Part shown: in pieces, positions 57,189-64,000 of the stretch | Position numbering within the stretch: the first letter of the stretch is position 1 | How the letters are laid out: each line of letters begins with the position of its first letter | NCBI GenBank assembly: GCA_025594325.1 | Contig: JANHCV010000009.1 | Span: forward strand, 806,001-870,000 | Direction: 5' to 3' | Source: Blastocladiella emersonii ATCC 22665 | Taxonomy: Eukaryota; Fungi; Blastocladiomycota | Length of the DNA stretch: 64,000 bases | The notes under the pieces: generated by a model | Seen by the model: only the letters and a program-made list of their open reading frames with translations | What the model was told of the DNA's origin: nothing | Databases searched by the model: none | Made by a program: the position numbers and the translations under genes

Positions 57189-59853
57189 TTAGGCCGAGTC
57201 GTTGGGGTGAGCACGCTTGGCGGGCAGCTCGAGGTCGGCGTCCGTTGACTGCTCCTCCTCGGCCGAGCGCTTGCGGTGGCGAGCTATAGTGATTCGTCGT
57301 TCGTTTGGTTAGCACATGGCCCGCTACTCGCTTCGACACGACCAGACAAGAAGACCATGTCCGAGTTGAGCAGCTTGCCGCCGTTCCACACATACAGCTC
57401 GAGCGAGTCGCGCGGGTTGGGCATCAGCGTGAAGAAGATGTGCGGGAGGCCGAGCGTGAGGATATAGGCGAAGACGTTGTCGGAGAACACCTTGCGCTCG
57501 CCGTTGGAGAACCACTGCTTCTTGGCCACGCCCTTGATGGCATGCACCGTGCCCTGCTGGTCGGGGCTGAGCGGCAGCACAACGCCCGACTCGGCCGTCT
57601 TGCGTGCCTTCTGCATGCGCTCGATGACGACGTCAAGATCTTTTTCGGTGACGCTCGCGACACACTTGATGTCCTGCGGCGCGACACGTTGCTGGAGGTA
57701 CGCGCCGTTCATGAACTTGGAATAGAGTGTAGTGGATTGAGCAGAATGATTGTATATTGGGAACAACGAGAGGAACACCGCCGCGCGCAACGCGTGACCC
57801 CGCCCATCCCAGGTCGGCCACCCCTGTACCCATCCGCCCCCCGCCGCGATGGCGAGCGCGGTGGTGTGGACAGCTTGTCGAAGACGACGAGGATGAAGTC
57901 GTTGTCGCGCGAGAACCGGTGGGTCGAGACGCGGAGCAGGTGCTGGATCAGGCCGAGAATCGAGAAGCGGTTCTTGCAGTCCCGGTCATGAAGACCGCCG
58001 CGGCCGAACGGGAACAGGTGGACGAAGAGGAGGGCGAGCCAGTCCTGGTCGTGCAGGTCGGCGTACTTGTTGGGGTGGCGGATCGCGAGGATCGGCGAGT
58101 CGTTGAGCAGCTCGGCAGGCGGCGTTGCGGCGCCGTGAGCCGCAGTCGTGGAGCCCTGGGCGGCGACGGCGGCGGCGGCGGCGGTCAGCTGGTTGCCGAG
58201 ATACTGCTGTACCACGTACATCGCGTCGGCGATGGCCTTGGCGTGGCCGCTGCGCTTGTCCGAGCGTTTTTCGGCCTCAGAATCGGGTGGCGCGGCGGCT
58301 GCGGCGGGCGCGGCGGCGGGCGCCGCGGCGGTGGCGGTTGACTCGAGATCTGACGCGTCGCCGTCATCGTCGTCCGAGCCTGACTCGGAGTTGGAGTCGT
58401 CGACGGCCGGGTGGCAGCCGTGACGAGTCAAGTGGTCACGACAGTGGTGGAGATGGTCGACATGGTCGTTGGACGCCGCGTAGCCATAGGCCGTGGGCAA
58501 CTCAACTGGGCGTGGCGCGGCCGTTGCACCAAGTGCGACGTCGCCGCCGCCGTCACCCGCAATTGAGCCCGCCGCGTTGTCGAGCGCGTCCGCGTCGCTG
58601 TCTCGGCTGCCGCCCTTGAGCGACTTAAGGAACTCCTGCTTGGCCTCGCGGGCGGCCTCGAACTCGTTCTCGGGCGCGTCCTGGACAACGATGCCCGACA
58701 CGAACTCGTGCACCGTCACCTCGGCGTCGTGCGGGTCCATCTGGGCCTGCTTCTCGACGAGCGTGGCGTTGGCGACGTCGCACGTTGCGTCCGCGGCCTT
58801 GGCGGCGAGATCCTTGGTCGCGGGCTGGGTGCCGTCGTAGGCCTCAGTGAAGAGCTTGTCGTTGATGGACTCAAGCGCATCGAACGACTTCTCGCACAGC
58901 GCGTTGTCCTGGTACAGCGGGTTGAACTTGAGCAGCTTCTCGACGGCCGCGCGGACCCTTTCCGCGTCGCAGCCGTACTTTTTGCGCAGCACGGCCTGCT
59001 GCCCGTCGGTGAGCGTGGACGTGAAGACGACCTGGAACTCCTTGAGGCCGTCAACGAACGGCAGCACCTTGACGAACGCGGGGCCCGCCGTGCCGTCGTG
59101 GATGTGGATGTGCGATGTGAGCGCCTTGCCGGTGCCGCCCGCAACGACGCAGGTGATGGCGTTCATGTAGAACAACGAGATGACGCGGAGCTCGGAGAAG
59201 GTGAGGATGTCGATCTCGTCAATCGAGCCCGTCATGTTCCCATCGGCGAGGGCCCAGTCGGGCGGGCGCAGGTCGAGGTTAGCGCCGCCGTCATGGCTCT
59301 CGAGCTTGCGCTGGATGTCGCGGAGGTGCTTGAGCGTGTCCTTTTTGAAAAAGGCGGCGATGACAACGCCGTCAGGATCGCGAACGACGCCGCGCGGGGA
59401 GAGCGCGAGGAGCGTCACGTTGACGTCCTTGAACTCAGGCGGCGGGAACAGCGAGTCGACGCGGTACTGCGCGGCGAGATCAGGGGGCACGTCTTTGGGC
59501 ACGGCGAGCACCGCGGCCATGGCCGCCCACGGGAACTCAGCGACCTCGAGGCGCTCGACCTCGTTGCCGAAGCACAGCTTGTCCGTGACGACGCAAACGT
59601 GCCCGCCCATGGCCTCGGCGTGCTCCTCGCGGTACTCGTTGATGATGCGCATGCGGTTCTTGTTGGTGAGGCCGGGGACGCACAGGTCGACGAGCAGGCG
59701 CGCAAGGCGCGCCGCGTGGAGGTACTGCGACTTGGCCTCGTCGCGTTTGCGCTGGCGATAGCGACGGGTATCGTCGCGATGGTGCTCAACGTACTCGAGA
59801 TCCACGCGCTGCTTCTGGTGCCGCTTGTCCGAGTACTCGCGCTCCTGCTGCAA
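57189..59853 (-). pseudogene. Helitron RepHel N-terminal part (DUF6570-like + helitron_like_N) joined to a short C-terminal tail
   Basis: PPDWALADGNMTG..LTFSELRVIS..LTSHIHI; LLFVHLFPFGRGG..LIQHLL..RFSRDNDFILVVFD; ILTLGLPHIFFTLMP. Frame breaks near 57870 and 57290; no HUH/Y2 or helicase motifs. Confidence 0.82.
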
Positions 59854-60069
59854 ACGCTCGTTGTGGGACGGGGCGGGCTTGAGCTAGGGCGACTCCATTC
59901 CAGGAACAGGCTAGAGGGGAAGCGGATCTGTAAGAACGTGAAATTGCGACGCAGCAGGTGTTACTTCGCCAAAGAGTACCTTTGGCGGTGGCAACTCCCA
60001 TTGAAATGGATCCGAGGCAAAGGGCCGCCCGTACACCGCAGGGTCTACGCAAAGAACTCGGAAGCCACG

Positions 60070-60641
60070 TTAGACGCGATTCGAGCAGGCAGGCCTTGCG
60101 TGGCAAAACGTACCCAATCGAACAGGCGCGTCAAACGTGTCAATCGATGCAGGACCCGGTGGCGGAGCAGGCGGAGGTGCGGTTGCAGATGCGGTAGTCG
60201 GAGGTGCAGGACCAGAAGCCGAAAGCGAGCTGGGTGCAACCGTTGAGGACAAGGTGGTTGAAGTAAGTGCAGTGCTTACATGCGCGCTGAACGGTGGCAC
60301 GCGTGTTGAAAGTTCAGAGCGGTGGTAGGGTCTCTGTTGATGAGGGCGAGCCACAGGGCTGAGAGAGAGGATGGGTCGCGCAGATCTGCGGCGGACAGCA
60401 ACAGCGACGCGAGCAGTCCATGGTATGCGTCGATCAGCTCATGGAGCTTCTTTCTGACAGACTCAGGGGCGCGTGTATGAGCAGAATGCTGAGCGAGCCA
60501 GGCGGCAGCGTGTCGAGCGGCAGCAGCGCGGTGGCCGTGCGACGCGAAGGTGGCGTAGTTGCTCGAGTCGAGGCACAGCTAGTCGACGAGGCGGTCACAC
60601 TCCTCCGCAGTCCACCTTGGCCGACTGTCGTGTTGCGGCAT
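60070..60641 (-). pseudogene. Myb/SANT-like ORF, copy in element A
   Basis: Homolog of 56250-56791 at an offset of 3850 bp; TGG to TAG at 60579-60581. Confidence 0.55.
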
Positions 60642-61076
60642 GTTACAGCCGCTCAAGCTTTCGTTTCGTGGAGGAGAAGTGGAGTGCGCAACGTCGCTCG
60701 AGCCGAAGTCGCGAGCAAGCCGCAAAACGCGTTCAGCCACAGTCACGTGACATGTACGACGTGATGAAACCAAGTGAAATCCGTCAAGAGCACGTGACTC
60801 AGGACAGACTTTCGAAGAGGTCACCCAATATTTCAGGGCAAAGCCCTGCACCCAATATTTCAGGGCAAAGCCCTGCAAACCGATCCAACCTCATGCAAAT
60901 TAATTAGACTTGGTCCACAAACGCTTCGCTCATGGTTTTCAAATCGAGGGCCAAGGCCCGCTCCACCTGGGGCGCTTGAGCCGTGCAGGAGCGCGCTCGT
61001 ACTAACGATGGATCAGGCGCATATTGGACGGGTAATGCGCTTCGCCGCGGTGGCAGCACTCGTCCTCAAAATTGGG

Positions 61077-61256
61077 GAACGGCGCGACGCGGAACGGCGC
61101 GACGCAGAACGGCGCGACGCAGAACGGCGCGACGCAGAACGGCGCGACGCAGAACGGCGCGACGCAGAACGGCGCGACGCAGAACGGCGCGACGCAGAAC
61201 GGCGCGACGCAGAACGGCGCGTGGCCCGTCGCCGCGTGGCCCGTCGCCGCGTGGCA
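61077..61256. repeat. 15-bp tandem repeat (GGCGCGACGCAGAAC x9) followed by a second 15-bp unit x2
   Basis: Direct reading of 61081-61215, then (TGGCCCGTCGCCGCG)x2. Confidence 0.95.
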
Positions 61257-63539
61257 GTCGTCCTCAATGTCAACATGATTCACGGACACTCGCGCGCCTT
61301 CTAAGCGACGTAAGGAGATGAAGAACTGGTGGATGAGAAAAGCAAGACGCGCCTACGGACGTCGCAGCCGCAAACGTGTGGACGGTCACGGAGTCGTTGA
61401 ACGCGGCGGCGATCCACATGCAGACGTCGAGGACGTCGTCGCGGACAAGCGAACAGCGCGAGAATCGAGGTCGTTGGCGAGCGTCGCGGGATCCGTGGTG
61501 TCGGAGCCCGAGATCGCAGCCGCTGCGACGGGCAACAGGCACCGGACAACGGCGGCCGCTGGCATGCGGTCGACGAAGTGGTGCGAGTCGGTGAGGTCCG
61601 CGAGGCGCACGGTCACATCCCCGAGCAGAAACGTGGGGAGCTGCAGCGCGACGAACGGCAGTAACCGCCAGACGACTTTCGCGCGGGAAACGCCGTCAGA
61701 GACCAGCTGTCAGCGCGAACAGCGACAGCACGGACGTCCTTCGTGTAGAGTACACACGCCGAGCGATTTCGTAGGGCGGTCAGCGAGGTGGTAGCGACGC
61801 GGCCGGCACCACGGGGCAACGGTGCGACGGCGCGACAAGAGAGGTGGCCGACACATGGCGGATTGCCGCCGTCAAGCAGACGGATGGCGGATAGGGCTCC
61901 CGGCGCGCATGTTTCGTGTCACCGTTCAAATCAGACGTCAGGCCGTGATGAAGAGAGAGGAATAGCGGGCCCATCGTTGAGGCCGGCTTGAATACACGCA
62001 GCTCGGTAGCACACTCGAGGTGTGTTTTGCTTAGGGAGAGTAACGGCTATCAAAACTCGCGAGTCGGTGCGGACGGCCGCACGGAGCCTCGCGAGCCAGG
62101 CGTTTCACGCGTTCTAACTTACACGGGCTGACCAACCCCGCGTGATTTACTCAGTTCATCAACTTAGATCAATTCGCTCCAACGTGTTGCAGTCGTTGCT
62201 GCTTCGGAGAGACGCGTCGCGAGGCAGTCCAGCAACTGAAACGCGTCGACGCGACCAATCATGTGAGCACGCGCGACGCGTCGCGCATCCCAGCGTGGGC
62301 CGCCAGCAACTCTTCCTTGACGGATATCGATATATTTAATGAGCAGCCACTTGGTGCAAACTCAGATGGACTAAGGGTCCCACGCTACCAACTTGCTGAA
62401 GCTTGTTCACGATTCGTTGCCTAGAGCGCAACCTACGGCGAGTACGAGGAAGTTTGACTTGGCTTCCCCTAAGCTTCAAGCAACTCAGATTCCCGGCCAC
62501 ATGCTCGGCCTAGTTTGCTCGAACTTGGACCCAGTGAGGGTGAAGTCAGCTCAAGCTCAGCCTCACCTTGGACCGCACCAGCCTCAAGCTTGAGCGAGCT
62601 AACGAAAATTCGATGACGTCTCAGCCCTAGCTTGTTCATTCTCGGCCGAACTCCAGCCACTTTTCCAGCTTTCCCAACTGCTGCGAGATCGAGGGGCTGG
62701 CTGGGATGGCAATGAATTCGTTGCTCATCAAGGTCTCGCCAGTTTAAGTCATGTTTTCGTTTATTATTTTCAAAAGTCCCTCGTGAACATGTTCCTCATG
62801 GTCCTGAACACTGACTGAAACGAGATTTGGAGCGACACATGCGGGCGTCCTTCAACGTGTGAAGCCGAGAATGGCGCGCAGGACCTCAGGCTAGCAACGT
62901 CAGTTTGCCGCAGGCCTGTTCGCTTGATCGCAGGACGTCCTGTGGGATTTTCTCCCCCGCTTGATGCCATAAAGTTGAGTAGACCCACGAAAGAAACGAT
63001 GTGTACGCTAAAACTCGACTCGATGCTACCGAGCTGCCGCGGCACCGCCTCGGGCGTCTGATCCAGCTCACACATGGTGCCGCTCAACCCCTTCCACGGC
63101 ATTCCCTCACGCGACGTTTTTCGCAATCATGACGGGACATTCACCTCGACGCCGCGCCGCGCTCTGTGGGTTCTACGTCCTGCGCGCCGTTGCTTGAACG
63201 ATTGCCGATACTCGGCGCAGGGATTTGGTCGCCACCATGAGCTACTTGCTCATTTATGTCCGCCCCAGAGTCGTTCCTTGATATGTTTGTTCATGTGGGC
63301 CCGGATTGTTGCGTCTAATCTTGCGTGAAGAGTAAGCGTTAAGTGGTGGGATGGAGGGATATCTGGTCTTCAGCCCCCCGTGAGACAGTTTGAGACGCGT
63401 TGCGATATCATGTGAGCGTCTCGTGGCGTGGCTGAGCACCTTTTCGCCCGCGCTCTCGCCGACCTCGAGCGACGCCGTCCCGTCCCGAGTTCCCTCCTCC
63501 CCCACTCAACCGACGCACCGCCGTCGCAACGTAAAATCC

Positions 63540-64000
63540 ATGCAAAAGCTCGAGACGCTCAACATCCCCAAGGTGATCCACCGTGTTTTATGTTATGCCG
63601 TGGACTTGCACGACGACCCGGACGACTTGACCGGCCTGCTGGCCTGCTGCAGTACTCGAGCGTGATGCTGCAGCGGCTAATCCCGGGCGTGCAGCGCGCT
63701 ATTGTTCGGCGCTGCCCTCAACTCTCCTTGTTCGAGGCGACCGTGCAGGGCGACATCCTCCTTTCCTAGTCGTCTTGGTACCCTCCATCTGAACTCGAAT
63801 TCCATCAACTCGTCCGTCCTTGCTCGCATTTCTGTGCAGCTTCCTCCAGCTCTCGGACACCTCTACATTGAGCGCAACGCATTTGCTGCGGCCATAGAGG
63901 ACCAGCAGTACTGGGTGCTCCCTCACGAGCTGCAGAGCCTTATTCTGGCCCACGAAAAACTTTGGCTTCGCAGCACCAGATCGCTGGCTGCGGCGCTCGT
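63540..64000 (+). pseudogene. F-box-like/LRR (LPxxL) pseudogene, 5' part; paralog of 4364-6185
   Basis: IPKVIHRVLCYAVDLHDDPDDLTGLL[QYSSV]; an 8-bp duplication GGCCTGCT (63633-63648) and a further frameshift near 63765; LGTLHLNSNSI..LPPALGHLYIERN..LPHELQSLIL. Confidence 0.62.

Larger units (their letters stand above)
56973..60849 (-). mobile_element. Helitron2/Helentron-like element A (internally deleted RepHel)
   Basis: subTIRs at 60835-60849 and 57007-57021; hairpin 56986-56998; encodes Helitron Rep N-terminal domains. Confidence 0.75.
54137..60876 (-). mobile_element. Helitron2/Helentron-like element B (non-autonomous), interrupted near its 5' end by element A
   Basis: 5' subTIR 60862-60876 and 3' subTIR 54171-54185 are exact 15-bp inverted repeats (GCAGGGCTTTGCCCT). 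3' hairpin CAGCC-GAA-GGCTG at 54150-54162. Carries a Myb-like ORF and a minisatellite. Confidence 0.7.

Noticed and set aside
56275-60823. RIP-like hypermutation between repeats
   Set aside because: Differences are mostly transitions but in mixed dinucleotide contexts, and repeats remain GC- and CpG-rich; a genome-wide context count would be needed.
56275-60823. LTR retrotransposon (about 700-bp direct repeats)
   Set aside because: No TG..CA ends, PBS, PPT or gag-pol; the interior is Helitron Rep and the repeats are explained by nesting of related elements.
61300-63300. Protein-coding genes in fragmented ORFs at 61.3-63.3 kb
   Set aside because: Multiple stops and no recognisable motif; possibly decayed genes but not supportable.

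Overview
High-GC, intron-containing eukaryotic DNA, most likely from an early-diverging (zoosporic) fungus. This is inferred from short 49-78 nt introns with GTACG/GTGCG donors and CTRAY-like branch points, fungal-type genes (MRX11/FLILHELTA, DUF4470) and a cilia-associated EFCAB10-like gene. The window has three zones. (1) 1-30 kb, accessory: the 3' end of a Helitron, seven intact or broken copies of an unnamed F-box-like gene family, an LRR pseudogene and one core gene (PGM2). One F-box-like copy is split by a long-TIR DNA element, which itself contains a DIRS-type retrotransposon. (2) 30-49.3 kb, compact core: ALDH8A1-like, a deubiquitinase with an unusual PRP6-like HAT N-terminus, eIF4B, Gtr1/RagA, EFCAB10, MRX11 (5-nt microexon), RPA49, a 4-RRM protein and DPM1. 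(3) 49.3-64 kb, accessory: an F-box/LRR gene, a DUF4470 pseudogene, two nested Helitron2/Helentron-like elements carrying a Myb/SANT-like ORF and a minisatellite, tandem repeats and another LRR pseudogene. The best candidates for novelty are the HAT-USP fusion, the nested transposon architectures and the unnamed F-box-like family. All family assignments are by motif recognition; no searches were run.
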